Shown here: positions 17,963 through 29,224 of the stretch, one piece after another | Layout: each line of letters begins with the position of its first letter | Numbering within the stretch: the first letter of the stretch is position 1 | Position numbers and translations under genes: made by a program | Notes under the pieces: generated by a model | What the model was told of the DNA's origin: nothing | Database searches by the model: none | What the model saw: the letters and a program-made list of their open reading frames with translations, nothing else | Origin: Lachnospiraceae bacterium | GTDB lineage: Bacteria; Bacillota; Clostridia; Lachnospirales; Lachnospiraceae | DNA length: 64,000 nucleotides | Direction: 5' to 3' | Assembly (NCBI GenBank): GCA_017625815.1 | Contig: JAGAKD010000090.1 | Span: 1,693-65,692 of the forward strand

Positions 17963-20900
17963 ATGGCAAAGATTAATTTTACGCTTGATTTTAATCTTAA
18001 TAAAGATGGTATAAAACAAGCTGGAAAAGAACTAGATGCTTTAATGAGGAAGTTAAAAGACAGCCCTGAGTTTGGGTTAGACAAAGAACTTCAAAAGGCA
18101 TATAAGTCTGCCGAGGCTTTAAAGAAAGCTCTTTCAAAATCTTTTGATAAGAACTTTGAGAAACTTGGCGTAAGAGAATTTAATAATGAACTGTCTAAGT
18201 CTGGACAATCATTAAATTCTGTAGAAAAAAATCTTACTGCGGTAGGAGTAAAAGGTGCTAAGGCATTTAATGAAATAGAATATGAAATTAATAAGGTTGG
18301 TTTAAGTGTAAAGCAGAGTAATAAATTTTTAAATGAAATGTTTGATACCTTTAGTAATACTGTTAAATGGGGTATAGCGAGTTCGGCTATGAACCAAATG
18401 ACAGGAGCAGTTCAAAGAGCTGTAGGTTTTACTAAATCACTAGATGAATCTTTAAATAATATTCAAGTTGTTAGTGGCAAGAATACTGCAGAAATGGAGT
18501 CTTTTGCCAAAGAGGCTAATGAAGCTGCTAAGGCTCTTGGAAAGACTACAACTGAATATACAGATGCTTCATTAATATTCTTCCAACAAGGTAAGACTGC
18601 TAGTGAAGTTAAAGAGTTAACAGAAGCTACTTTACTTGGTGCTAACATCACTGGAGAAAGCGTTTCTGATATGGCAGATTACTTAACAGCAGTTATGAAT
18701 GGTTATGTTATGGAGGCTAATCGCGCTCTTGAAGTAACTGACAAATTAGCCGCAGTCGGTGCTGCTACAGGTTCTGACTTCCAAGAGTTAGCTATTGGTA
18801 TGTCTAAAGTTGCTTCAATGGCAAAGGTTGTTGGTGTTGATATTGACCAATTAAATGGTATGTTAGCTACAGTTACAACTGTAACTAGAGAAGCTCCAGA
18901 GACAATAGGTACAACTTTTAAAACTATATTCGCTAGAATGTCTGAACTACAAGCTGGAGGAGAAGACGAAGAAGGTTGGACAACTGGAAAAGTTGAAGCG
19001 GCTTTAAATAAAGTTGGAATGTCTGTATTAGATGAAGAAACAGGTCAGTTAAGAGACATGGGTAAAGTAATAGAACAAATTGGTGAAATGTGGACTGATA
19101 TGAATAGAGAGTCTCAGGTTGCCGTTGCCAATGCTTTAGCCGGTCAAAGACAAGCATCGCGTTTAATTGCATTGTTTGAAAACTGGTCAATGTACACTGA
19201 TGCAGTAAATACTTCTCAAAATGCGCTTGGTTCTACAATGGAGCAAAACGCAGTAAGAATGGATTCTCTTGCTTATCAATCTAAGCAACTTGAAGCAAAT
19301 TTAGAGTCTATGTGGATGAGAATTCTAAATGAAGATACTCTTGCCGCAGGAACTACTGCTCTAAACAAATTAATTGATATGGTTAATGACTTCATAGACT
19401 CTCTTGGAGGAATAGGAAATACACTAGGAGTGATAGGAGCTCTTGCTGCTGGAGTATTCTCTAAACAAATAGCAGGCTCACTACAAAATACTAAAGACAA
19501 GCTAACAGATTTTGCTAGAGAGGCAAAAAATGACTTGTCAAGTATGATTTCTACAATTAAAAATGTAACTCCAACAGGAAGATTAGAAGGACAAAATGTT
19601 TCAAGCAATTCAGAATCGGAAGAATATAGACTTGCTCAACAAGAAAGAATTTCCGAGTTGCAAGCTGGAGAGTTAAAGATAAAAAGAAATCTTTCAACAG
19701 AGGAACACCAAAGATATAAAGAACTGACTGGCATTATTGCAAAAGAAAGCGAAGCTTTAACTCTCGCCATGAGAAATAAGGAAATCGCCGAGGATATAGC
19801 AGCTACAGGAGGTTTAGCTACTACTAACGTAAAGGCTGAACTAAGTGTGTTAAAGTCTAAAGAAAAGGCTCTTGAAAATATTAAAAACAGTGTCGAGGCT
19901 GCTAAGGATAGTACTAAGGCAACGACAGTAGAAGAGAGTGTGTTATTAGAAAAACTTGGAAAACAAGACCAATATACTAAAAATATTGTAGAACAATTAA
20001 AGGTTAGCAACAAGGGTAGAATACAAATCAAGGATATTGAGGAGCTAATAACAAAAGAACTAGAAGCGCAAGAGGATGCTCAAACAGCAATAAATGAACT
20101 TCAAAAAGCTGGTTTAAATAATGCTGAAGCACAACTTGAAGCTCAGGAAGCAAAAACTGCTGAAATAACAAGACAGGCAGAGGGAGAGATAACTGAGTTA
20201 GAAAAGAAGGCTGCAAGAGAGCAGTTATGGAGTACTGTTATATCAGGAGCTGCTGCGGCAGGAACGGCTATATTTGGGGTTGTTGGGGCTTTAAAAGAGT
20301 ATAATAAAGAAGGAGCCACTTTTGAAGACCAAACAAATGCTATAACAACTGGTTTCTCAACTATGGGAGCATCTTTAATGATGATGCCTGGTATATGGTT
20401 TAAGGTTGCCGGAGCAGTATCAATGGCTACTGGTTGGATAATAAAATTTGTTAGAGAAAATACTGGAATGGGTGAAATTCTAAAGACTAATGAAGCCGTC
20501 TTAGAAAGATACCAAAACAGAATGGCTGACATTGCTGACGCCCAAGAGAGACTAAATCAAGTGTCAGATAAGTTTGAAGAGATTGATGCCATAACTGCCG
20601 ATGGTTTACTACCAGAGGAAAGAGAAAGTCTTCAACAAATAAGAAATGAAATAGCTGAATTAAAACCAGAAATGGTTGACTACTATGATGCCTATGGAAA
20701 TGCTGTTCTAAAAAATAGAGACGCTCTAAAAGAAATGAATGACGAACTTGAGCGTCAAAGAGAAATTGAACGAAATGCAATGAAAGAAAACTCTGGTAAT
20801 TTTGGTCAAGAATATGGATATAGAATGGCTGGTATTCAAGAAGAAATCGCTAGTAAAGAAACTGAGTTAGCTGCTGAACAACAGTATTTAAATGAGCTGT

Positions 20901-23900
20901 TAAAAGGTGGTCCTGAAGCAGAAGCTGCTCTAAGAGGCTCTGACAAGAGTATGTGGAAATCGAGACAAGAGGAAATTGCTGCCGCAATAGATTCCACAGA
21001 AAAGAAAATCGCCTCTCTAACTACAAACTTAACAGACCTAAGAGAAAGCTCTAATTCAGTAGGAAAAGACATTCAATCGAACATGATTGACGTTATTGTT
21101 CAGAGCGAGGGGCCAATAAAGAATCTTGGAAAGAGTATGCAAGGATTAGGCGCTAATCTGTTAACTCAAACAAGGGTAATGGATAGCATTAAAGATGCTT
21201 ATCAAAAAGCACAAGACCAACTCCTTTCTGCAGAAGATTCTTCAGCTCTACAAAAGCAAGTTATGAATGATATTCAAGCGAGAGTAGAGGGGATAGCACA
21301 GTATTTTGTTGACTTAAAGAACGCAGACCATGAATGGGTAGAAACCCTATCAAAATCTAATGCTCAAACCCAACAATATCTTTCTGAAACAATGTATAAT
21401 CTTGGAGCAACCAAAGAGGAGATGGATAGTCTTACAAGTGCTTTTGTTAGCATGGTGGATGGAGACAATGGATTCTTTGATATAGCAAAACTTCAAGATG
21501 AGTCAAATGCTATGAGTCAAGTATTTAGCTCTATGATGACAACTAGAATGAATACTTTAGAAGAATATAAGAGTCAGCTTGATGCGATGAAACAAGAGGT
21601 ATTTAGCACAGAGGACATTGACATACTTGCTAGAGAATGGGTAGCATCAATGAAAAACGCCATTCATAACGCTCAAAGAGATGGAGATTCTGCTGGAGCT
21701 CAAGGCTTACAAACAATGTTAGACGAATTTAATAGACTAGGTTCAACTGGCAACGACACTGATATGATGGCGAGAAATGAAATTCTATTCTCTGATACAG
21801 AGCTTTTAGAGAGAAATAAAACTCTTCTAGATGGTCAAATAGACCAATATCTAGAACTATCTAATTCTGTAGCAACATATCAGGAACAAATTGCTAATTT
21901 ATCTGAAGCACAAGCAGAACTAACAGATATGTCGTACAACTATCTTGCCACTATAGCAGAAACAGATGAGGGTTATTCATATATGGCAGAGACATTCAAC
22001 TCTTTTGCTGAAGCTCTTGGAGAATTTGGCGGAGACATGGATGGAATATTTGAAGGTTTTGATGCTGAATTAGATGGAATGGTTGAAAAGATGGGATTAG
22101 CTGCTGATGAAGCTAAAAACATAGAACAAGACCTTGCTTCTAATATTGGTAAAGCATTCCAAGCTCTTCCAGATAAAATGGGAGATTCGTATAAAGACCT
22201 TTTAAAATTAACTGGTAAAACATCTGACGAAATGACTAAATTAGCACAAGAAGCTGCTGGCGGAGGCAAAGATGCGGCTAAGGAGCTGTCAAATAGTGTT
22301 GGTAAGATATATGCAGCAATGAATATGGAAAACGCTGACTACTATAAAGAGTTTGTAAAGTATAATCAAGCTAGGCTACAGGATGTAGCAGCAACAACTG
22401 GAATAATGGCTACTGATTATGATAATTTAGCACAATTCCAAAATGATTTAGAAAGATGGAAAGCGGAAGTCGCAGATGGATATCATGGAGACCAATATAA
22501 TAGCTATCTAGATATGGTTAGGTCTAAACTAAAAACTGCCTCTGATGCTGGAGCAGATGAACAGAAGATAGCCGCAGCTACTACTGCCGCAGCAAATGTA
22601 GAATCTGCGAACCAAGCTAGTATAGTTGCTAATAATATGTATCAAATGGTTGCTAAAGCAGCAGACGCAATATCTAACATACCCCTTCTAGGTAAGTTAG
22701 TGAGCAGAGGAGTTCAAGCGATTGTTAATAAGTTTAAAAGCTATGCTGAACAAAAGTCAAATGAACTTAAAAGTGCTCAATCAATCCTAGACGCGGCTTT
22801 AGGAGACTTAAACTTAGATGATATTACTCTTGATAATTATCTAGATGATACAACTGGTGTAAATAACTTTGTAATGCCCGCTGGACCACAAATTAGCACT
22901 GGAAGACCAACTTCTGGAACAACAGGTCCTAGTGTCTCAAATAGTGGCGGAGGAGATAAAGGTGATAGTAGCAAGGGCTCAGAAGAAAAAGAGGTTGAAG
23001 ATTTAGAGTGGGAAAAAGATATATACCACGACATAAATGTTGAATTACAACAAAAACAAAGCCTTCTTGATAAACTTAAAAAGCAACAAGATAAACTTTA
23101 TGGGAAAGAACTTCTTGATAACTTAGCTAAGCAAAAGAAAGCTTTAGAAGAGCAACAAAAACTTCTTGAAACTAAGTTAAAGATGCAACAACAAGACCTT
23201 GCTAATCAAAAAGCAGTTTTATCACAGCAAGGAGTGGCATTTAATGTTGATGGAACTATTGCTAACTATAATCAACTTCTAGAGCAAAAAGTAGCTTATG
23301 TTAACTCATTAAGTGGAGAGGCTAAAGAAGCTGCCAAAGAGGAGTTCGCAAAGTTAACCGAAATGATGGAAGCCTATGAAGACATGATGCTTAATAGTAT
23401 CATTGAAACAGAAAATGCTATTCAAGATTCTATTGATGCCCAAAGGGAAATTTTCCTAACGGAATTTACTTACGCTATTGATTTAAAAATTGAAATTTCT
23501 GATGACTTCAAAGAGGCTTTAGATTTTGTCAAAGAAATGAATAATGAATATGAAGACATGTCAGACAACTACGAAAGAACTATTGCTCAAATGGGTGAGC
23601 AAGTAGACCTTGTAGAAAGACTGAAAATCAAGTTAGATGCAATAAATAATAATCCAAATCTAAGCGAAAAAGAAAGACTTGAACTACTAGAAAAGTATAA
23701 TGCCGAACTTAAAGACGCGATTAAAGACCTTAATAAATTAAACGATGAACTTACTACAATATTTGAGAAAACTTTAAAAGATGGTCTTGATATAAATAAG
23801 AAACATCTTGAAAACTTTAAATCATTAAATTCGGAATTAAAACATTATGAGCAAACATTAAAGCTAATAGGAGAAGGAGATAATTTCCAAGTATTAGATA

Positions 23901-26209
23901 GTATTTATGAGGCACAATATAATAATTTAATGAGTCAAATAAATGTACTAAATGGACAAATGGATGTGCTTCAAGCCCAAAGAGATGCTTTAAAGGCAGA
24001 GGGAATGGAAGGAACTAAAGAGTGGGAGGCAATAGATAAAGCTATTAAAGACACTCAAAAAGATATCAATTCTCTTGCTCAAGAATCTTTAAAACTCCTT
24101 CAAACAGAGTTTAAAAATAGTGTTAATGAAATGCTATCTACTCTTGAAGACGCAATGACAGGTGGAGCTGGATTTAAAGAACTTAAAAAGCAGCAACAGG
24201 AGATTAAAGATGAAAGAAAGAAATATCTTGATGGAGAAGAAAAGTTATTAGCTGTTAGTAAATTACAACAAAAAGTACAAAAGGAAATTGATGAAACCAC
24301 TGACCCTGCTAAGAAAAAACAGCTTCAAAAATTTATGGACTCAGAGTTAAAAAATCTTAAAGAAAAAGATAAATTAACTAAATATGATGTAGATAGAGCT
24401 AATCAGGTCTATGATTTAACCTTAAAACAAATGGCTTTAGAAGACCAAAGAGCAACTAAAAATATAATGAGACTTGTAAGAGACTCTCAAGGTAATTGGG
24501 TGTATGAATTTACAGAAGATGCTAACGCAATAGCAAAAGCTCAAGAAGAAGTTAGCTCTAGTATGGAAAAGCTAATGGAGCTAGATAAAAAGAAACTTGA
24601 AGAAACTCAAGATTTAATGTTGAAGCTTCAAGAAGAGTATTATAAAGAAGTTCAGCAAATAGCAAATGACGCAGCTAATGGTAAATATAAGACTGAGGAA
24701 GAATTAAGACAAGCTCTTCAAGCAGTTACTGATAAGTATAATCAAAAAATGATAGAAGCTAATGCAGAATACGAGTATGTTAAGCAAAATGCGACTCTAT
24801 CCTCAATGGCTGTTATTGTTGATAGCTATGCTAAAACTGGAGACATTCTTGAAAATCTAACCACTGAACAAGAAATTATTCTTCAAGCATTAGCAGATAA
24901 AACTGGCAACTCTTATCTAGAGATGAGTAATATTGTATCTAATTTAATAAGTGGTGATGATGACTCTATAAAATCAGCAATGATAGAACTTGGACTTGCT
25001 ACAGAAGTCGAAATGGATAGTGTTAGCAATACAATCTCTTCAACGCTGGAAAACCTTGGAACAAACACAACCATTACTCTTGAAGAAGTTAAAACCGCAG
25101 TTGGTGGATTAGTCGCTAATATGCAAGATGGTTGGGGAACAAGTGTTTCAGATATGATTTCTAAAATGATTTCAACTGGAGGATTTAAAGACGCTTCTAC
25201 TCAAGCTATTCAAGGAGTTCAAGATAAGTGGACAGAATATCAAGGCAAGGTCCAAGAAGTCCAAGAGGCCACTGGGACAGACCTTAATACGATGAAAACA
25301 AATATTGAAAATGTTGATAAAGCAACTGAGGAGTTAAACAAAGAAACTGTAGCATTAACTAATAAGTTTAAGGAAGAAATGACTGCTGTTACCAATTTAA
25401 CAAATGCCTATAAGGGATATAGAGCAGAAATTCAAAACACTATTAAAGAGCTTACTAACTATGTTGCTGAAATAAATAAGGTAATAGATGCCATAAAGAG
25501 GAAGAATGATACCGAAGCACAAGCTAATAAGAAACCATCTACATCTGGTGGCACAAGCTCAGGCGGCTCATCTTCAAATGGTGGAGGTGGAGGAGGAAAC
25601 TCTACGGCAAAACCAGCCGCTCCTTCATTAAATGTTGGTTCAACTGTTCAAGTTAAGTCCGGTACTAGATGGTATTATGACTCTTGGGGTATGAACCCAA
25701 GTGGAAAGGCTTACACAACTCCTTTACAAATAACTTCCATTAGTCCATATGCGGACTCAACTCACAAATACAATCTTGGTACTAAAGCTGGAGAATACTT
25801 AGGTTGGGTAAAGAAAACCGATATTCAAGGATACGATACAGGAGGATATACTGGAGAATGGGGTAAAGAAGGTAAAATGGCTTTCCTACATGAAAAAGAA
25901 ATCGTATTAAACAAAGAAGATACTTCTAAGATACTTGACGCAGTTAAATTAGTTAGAGGTATTAGTGGAGACGCTCTAAGTGGACTGGCTGGTATGATAG
26001 CTGAAACTTCTAGAAGGACAATCGAAGCTCTTGGAGCAATAACTCAAGCTGTTATGCCTAGTAAAATTCAAACTCAAGACCAAGGTCAACAAATACAACA
26101 AAACGTTGAAATCAATGCTGACTTTAGCGGAGTTAAGAGTTCTAATGAAATTGAAAAGGCATTTGAGAACATGGCTAACATGGCTTCTCAGTATATAGCT
26201 AGAAAATAA
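17963..26209 (+). CDS. tail tape measure protein (TP901-type core, C-terminal SH3-like domain)
   Basis: 2748 aa, helical/coiled-coil; TP901-like core (IGTTFKTIFAR); hydrophobic Gly/Ala segments; GYDTGGYTG...LHEKEIVLN C-terminal motif. Confidence 0.92.
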   Translation: MAKINFTLDFNLNKDGIKQAGKELDALMRKLKDSPEFGLDKELQKAYKSAEALKKALSKSFDKNFEKLGVREFNNELSKSGQSLNSVEKNLTAVGVKGAKAFNEIEYEINKVGLSVKQSNKFLNEMFDTFSNTVKWGIASSAMNQMTGAVQRAVGFTKSLDESLNNIQVVSGKNTAEMESFAKEANEAAKALGKTTTEYTDASLIFFQQGKTASEVKELTEATLLGANITGESVSDMADYLTAVMNGYVMEANRALEVTDKLAAVGAATGSDFQELAIGMSKVASMAKVVGVDIDQLNGMLATVTTVTREAPETIGTTFKTIFARMSELQAGGEDEEGWTTGKVEAALNKVGMSVLDEETGQLRDMGKVIEQIGEMWTDMNRESQVAVANALAGQRQASRLIALFENWSMYTDAVNTSQNALGSTMEQNAVRMDSLAYQSKQLEANLESMWMRILNEDTLAAGTTALNKLIDMVNDFIDSLGGIGNTLGVIGALAAGVFSKQIAGSLQNTKDKLTDFAREAKNDLSSMISTIKNVTPTGRLEGQNVSSNSESEEYRLAQQERISELQAGELKIKRNLSTEEHQRYKELTGIIAKESEALTLAMRNKEIAEDIAATGGLATTNVKAELSVLKSKEKALENIKNSVEAAKDSTKATTVEESVLLEKLGKQDQYTKNIVEQLKVSNKGRIQIKDIEELITKELEAQEDAQTAINELQKAGLNNAEAQLEAQEAKTAEITRQAEGEITELEKKAAREQLWSTVISGAAAAGTAIFGVVGALKEYNKEGATFEDQTNAITTGFSTMGASLMMMPGIWFKVAGAVSMATGWIIKFVRENTGMGEILKTNEAVLERYQNRMADIADAQERLNQVSDKFEEIDAITADGLLPEERESLQQIRNEIAELKPEMVDYYDAYGNAVLKNRDALKEMNDELERQREIERNAMKENSGNFGQEYGYRMAGIQEEIASKETELAAEQQYLNELLKGGPEAEAALRGSDKSMWKSRQEEIAAAIDSTEKKIASLTTNLTDLRESSNSVGKDIQSNMIDVIVQSEGPIKNLGKSMQGLGANLLTQTRVMDSIKDAYQKAQDQLLSAEDSSALQKQVMNDIQARVEGIAQYFVDLKNADHEWVETLSKSNAQTQQYLSETMYNLGATKEEMDSLTSAFVSMVDGDNGFFDIAKLQDESNAMSQVFSSMMTTRMNTLEEYKSQLDAMKQEVFSTEDIDILAREWVASMKNAIHNAQRDGDSAGAQGLQTMLDEFNRLGSTGNDTDMMARNEILFSDTELLERNKTLLDGQIDQYLELSNSVATYQEQIANLSEAQAELTDMSYNYLATIAETDEGYSYMAETFNSFAEALGEFGGDMDGIFEGFDAELDGMVEKMGLAADEAKNIEQDLASNIGKAFQALPDKMGDSYKDLLKLTGKTSDEMTKLAQEAAGGGKDAAKELSNSVGKIYAAMNMENADYYKEFVKYNQARLQDVAATTGIMATDYDNLAQFQNDLERWKAEVADGYHGDQYNSYLDMVRSKLKTASDAGADEQKIAAATTAAANVESANQASIVANNMYQMVAKAADAISNIPLLGKLVSRGVQAIVNKFKSYAEQKSNELKSAQSILDAALGDLNLDDITLDNYLDDTTGVNNFVMPAGPQISTGRPTSGTTGPSVSNSGGGDKGDSSKGSEEKEVEDLEWEKDIYHDINVELQQKQSLLDKLKKQQDKLYGKELLDNLAKQKKALEEQQKLLETKLKMQQQDLANQKAVLSQQGVAFNVDGTIANYNQLLEQKVAYVNSLSGEAKEAAKEEFAKLTEMMEAYEDMMLNSIIETENAIQDSIDAQREIFLTEFTYAIDLKIEISDDFKEALDFVKEMNNEYEDMSDNYERTIAQMGEQVDLVERLKIKLDAINNNPNLSEKERLELLEKYNAELKDAIKDLNKLNDELTTIFEKTLKDGLDINKKHLENFKSLNSELKHYEQTLKLIGEGDNFQVLDSIYEAQYNNLMSQINVLNGQMDVLQAQRDALKAEGMEGTKEWEAIDKAIKDTQKDINSLAQESLKLLQTEFKNSVNEMLSTLEDAMTGGAGFKELKKQQQEIKDERKKYLDGEEKLLAVSKLQQKVQKEIDETTDPAKKKQLQKFMDSELKNLKEKDKLTKYDVDRANQVYDLTLKQMALEDQRATKNIMRLVRDSQGNWVYEFTEDANAIAKAQEEVSSSMEKLMELDKKKLEETQDLMLKLQEEYYKEVQQIANDAANGKYKTEEELRQALQAVTDKYNQKMIEANAEYEYVKQNATLSSMAVIVDSYAKTGDILENLTTEQEIILQALADKTGNSYLEMSNIVSNLISGDDDSIKSAMIELGLATEVEMDSVSNTISSTLENLGTNTTITLEEVKTAVGGLVANMQDGWGTSVSDMISKMISTGGFKDASTQAIQGVQDKWTEYQGKVQEVQEATGTDLNTMKTNIENVDKATEELNKETVALTNKFKEEMTAVTNLTNAYKGYRAEIQNTIKELTNYVAEINKVIDAIKRKNDTEAQANKKPSTSGGTSSGGSSSNGGGGGGNSTAKPAAPSLNVGSTVQVKSGTRWYYDSWGMNPSGKAYTTPLQITSISPYADSTHKYNLGTKAGEYLGWVKKTDIQGYDTGGYTGEWGKEGKMAFLHEKEIVLNKEDTSKILDAVKLVRGISGDALSGLAGMIAETSRRTIEALGAITQAVMPSKIQTQDQGQQIQQNVEINADFSGVKSSNEIEKAFENMANMASQYIARK

Positions 26210-26210
26210 T

Positions 26211-26239
26211 AAGGAGGCGAAAGCCTCCTTTTTCTTTTT
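26211..26239 (+). terminator. Rho-independent terminator
   Basis: AAGGAGGC-GAAA-GCCTCCTT plus T-run. Confidence 0.85.
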
Positions 26240-26305
26240 GGGTTTAGTCGTTTAAATATTGCCCAATAAGATTTATATAAAGTAGAGATTAGAAAAAAAG
26301 GAGGA

Positions 26306-29170
26306 ATGGATATGAATAATATTCAAGAGGCTTTATTTAAGACTATTGAAACTATTACAAATGGTAAACTTAGTCAAATAAAGTTTGATAAAACTATTGA
26401 AGCAATAGTTATGTCAGATGAAAAAGCAAATCTTGGAGAGTACGAGTTAAAGTATCAAGACTTATTATTCACAGGTTATTCATCTAATGGTACATCACAA
26501 TTTAGAAAAGATGATACTGTGCTTGTTTTAATCCCAGATGGAGATATGAGCAAAAGGAAGACTATAATCTCTTCTAGTAAAAACGAAGGAGAAAAGATTA
26601 TAAATTTTGAAGAAGTCGTAGATAGAACTGGTATAAACTTTGTTGATGAACCAGTTGATTTTGAGATTAAACTATCAACTACCTCTGATGAAGTTGTAAG
26701 TTTTAAATTAAAAGACGAATTAATGGTTAGTCAATACCCAGGAAAGAAATATCTAGCAATCGGGGCAGAGATAACTACTAATATAAGTTCAGAAGATAGA
26801 GATGGAACATATGGTATCGCAATAGACTGCGAGTTTTTAACAGAAGACGGAACAGAAAGAGTACCTCATACTTTTGAATTTAATACATTAAATGTTACTG
26901 GTAATCCATATCAATCTAAAGGAGGATACAAAGAAACTAAAATACCCCTTTTAGAACAAAGACTTGTAAAGATTGTTGGTGCCAGAGCCTTCTCAAAGGG
27001 GTTCTCTAAAGGCAAAGATAAGATAAAATTTAAAAATATAGTAGTAGAATATGTTAGCATAAGAGAACAAGATAAAAGTGAATATAGTGGAAATATACAA
27101 GCACCAAAAGGAACCCACTTTAGAAATGGGACTTTATATCCAGATGAAAAACTTCCACTAATAATGGAATTTAAGCAAAGAGGAGAAGTTCTTCAAACAG
27201 ACGCAATATCATATAAGTGGTTTGTAATGAATAGTGATGTTAATAATAGCGACCATCCAGACTACCATCCAGATGCTGGATTAGGTTGGGAGTGGCTAAA
27301 ATCAGATAGTTATGAAGCTGAATTAATAGAAGGAGTTGGAACTTCTACATTAAGCGTTGCCGCTCCATTCGTACCAACATTCTCAGAACTTAAATGTATT
27401 GCTACTTATGAAGAAAAAGGTGTCTCAGTGGTAGAGACAATTACTCTTGTAGACCATACAGAACAAATGAGTATAAATATGGATAGTAGTAATGGGGTAA
27501 GCTTTATAAATGGTGTTGGTTCAACCACTTTAACTTGTAATATAACTCAAAATGGAAGACCTTTAGAAGAAGTTGAATTAGAATATGAGTGGGCGCAAAT
27601 AAAAGAAGATGGAAGTATTACACAACTTAAAGATAGTGCTGATAATACTTTAGATGTATTTGCTAGTAATATTGGTATGAAATCTAACTTTACTTGTGAG
27701 GTATCTGTTAAAGGAGCAGAAAGACCAATAGCTACTGGTCAAATTACTCTTGTTAATATAATTGACGGCCGAACTCAAGGAGTTGTAATAGTTGGAGGTT
27801 TTAGAACTGTATTATATGACGCAGATGGAAACGCTCCAGAGAATCTTCCTAGAGAGGGGTTTCAATTTGATGTATACGAAAATGGTGAAAAAATTACAAC
27901 TGGCATAGATTGGACTTGGAGTATTCCTCCAGTAGAGAACACTCTATTGAAACTAGAAAACGCAACTATTGATGCCAATGGTAGGCAAACAACAAAAAAC
28001 GAAGTTCTTAATCTAGGAGTAGTAGATACATTTGATATTAATAAAAATCAAAACTCAATACTTCTTGAAGTTAGATATACTTCTAATGGAATAACAAATA
28101 TCCTAAGAGATTATGCTAATATAGCTATTACTAAAGTTGGTGGCAATGGAGCAGATGGACCAGCAGGTAAACCGGGTGAAGATGGTAGTGTTTATGTTTA
28201 TGAAATACAAGGAGGAAGTTCTACAATTAACTATGATGGTATGGCTTCAAATCCGCATCCAAAAACATTAAACGAGTTTGTATTAATGTTCTCTAAAAAT
28301 GGAGACGCTAGTCTAGCAAAAGAAATACATTCTGTTCAATGGGAATTACCAGCCAAAAGCAACTGCTGTTTAAGTTTTGAGGGACAAGACCCAGGAGTAA
28401 GAAGAATAACTACTCTTCAAGATTTAAACGGGTCAAGTAATAATCCTCATAAAGTAGTATTAGTGGCAGATGATACTTGGACAGAAGAAAAGTTTAATAA
28501 CTATTTAAGCGTTAAATTCACTCACGACAATCTAACTTTTAGAGAAACTTATCCAATATCAATATCTAAGAATGGTGCCGCGGGTTATACAATATCAGTA
28601 ATACCAAATACATTTACTTTTAATGCTGGAGAGAATAACATAGTTCTAGAGAATAGAGAGATTCTTATTAACTTTGATATAAAAGATGGAAATGGAGCAG
28701 AGGTACCGTATATAATAGAAAGTTTTAACACTCCTAGTGGAGTACAAATAACTAGAACAGAGAATGGAAAGAGTGTTCTTTTCACAATAATAAATGACAT
28801 TACAATGCCAAAAGAGGGAACAGTTGACTTTGTATTAAAGATTGATTCAAAGAGGTACTATCAGTCTTTTGCTTTCTCAAGAGTTTTAGATGGTAATTCT
28901 CCATATATAATTACTCTGATGTCAACAAATGGATTAACTTTTAAAAGAGGAGATATACAAACTCAGATAATTGCCAACTTTACCAAAGGAATTGAAACTG
29001 TAAATCCATTAACTATTCAAGACAATATCTCTTGGATAAAAAAGGATAAAACTGGAGTAGAGGAAGTTGGTTGGGTGCCAAACTATGTGGATGGGCAAAA
29101 ACATATAATAAATATAAGCCCTTACGATATTTTAGAGAAGGCAACTTTTGAATGTAGATTAGATTTATAG
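26306..29170 (+). CDS. tail/baseplate protein with tandem Ig-like domains and a short collagen-like linker
   Basis: Follows the tape measure gene; N-terminal OB-like segment; repeated beta-sandwich units; GADGPAGKPGEDG. Confidence 0.7.
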   Translation: MDMNNIQEALFKTIETITNGKLSQIKFDKTIEAIVMSDEKANLGEYELKYQDLLFTGYSSNGTSQFRKDDTVLVLIPDGDMSKRKTIISSSKNEGEKIINFEEVVDRTGINFVDEPVDFEIKLSTTSDEVVSFKLKDELMVSQYPGKKYLAIGAEITTNISSEDRDGTYGIAIDCEFLTEDGTERVPHTFEFNTLNVTGNPYQSKGGYKETKIPLLEQRLVKIVGARAFSKGFSKGKDKIKFKNIVVEYVSIREQDKSEYSGNIQAPKGTHFRNGTLYPDEKLPLIMEFKQRGEVLQTDAISYKWFVMNSDVNNSDHPDYHPDAGLGWEWLKSDSYEAELIEGVGTSTLSVAAPFVPTFSELKCIATYEEKGVSVVETITLVDHTEQMSINMDSSNGVSFINGVGSTTLTCNITQNGRPLEEVELEYEWAQIKEDGSITQLKDSADNTLDVFASNIGMKSNFTCEVSVKGAERPIATGQITLVNIIDGRTQGVVIVGGFRTVLYDADGNAPENLPREGFQFDVYENGEKITTGIDWTWSIPPVENTLLKLENATIDANGRQTTKNEVLNLGVVDTFDINKNQNSILLEVRYTSNGITNILRDYANIAITKVGGNGADGPAGKPGEDGSVYVYEIQGGSSTINYDGMASNPHPKTLNEFVLMFSKNGDASLAKEIHSVQWELPAKSNCCLSFEGQDPGVRRITTLQDLNGSSNNPHKVVLVADDTWTEEKFNNYLSVKFTHDNLTFRETYPISISKNGAAGYTISVIPNTFTFNAGENNIVLENREILINFDIKDGNGAEVPYIIESFNTPSGVQITRTENGKSVLFTIINDITMPKEGTVDFVLKIDSKRYYQSFAFSRVLDGNSPYIITLMSTNGLTFKRGDIQTQIIANFTKGIETVNPLTIQDNISWIKKDKTGVEEVGWVPNYVDGQKHIINISPYDILEKATFECRLDL

Positions 29171-29224
29171 AAGATGAAAGACTATTATAGAATATTATTT
29201 TTTAAGAAAAAAAGGAGAGATAAT

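Noticed and set aside
17351-17963. Programmed -1 frameshift in the tail chaperone (lambda G/GT type)
   Set aside because: No downstream overlapping ORF fits before the tape measure gene, and no convincing slippery heptamer lies near the stop.
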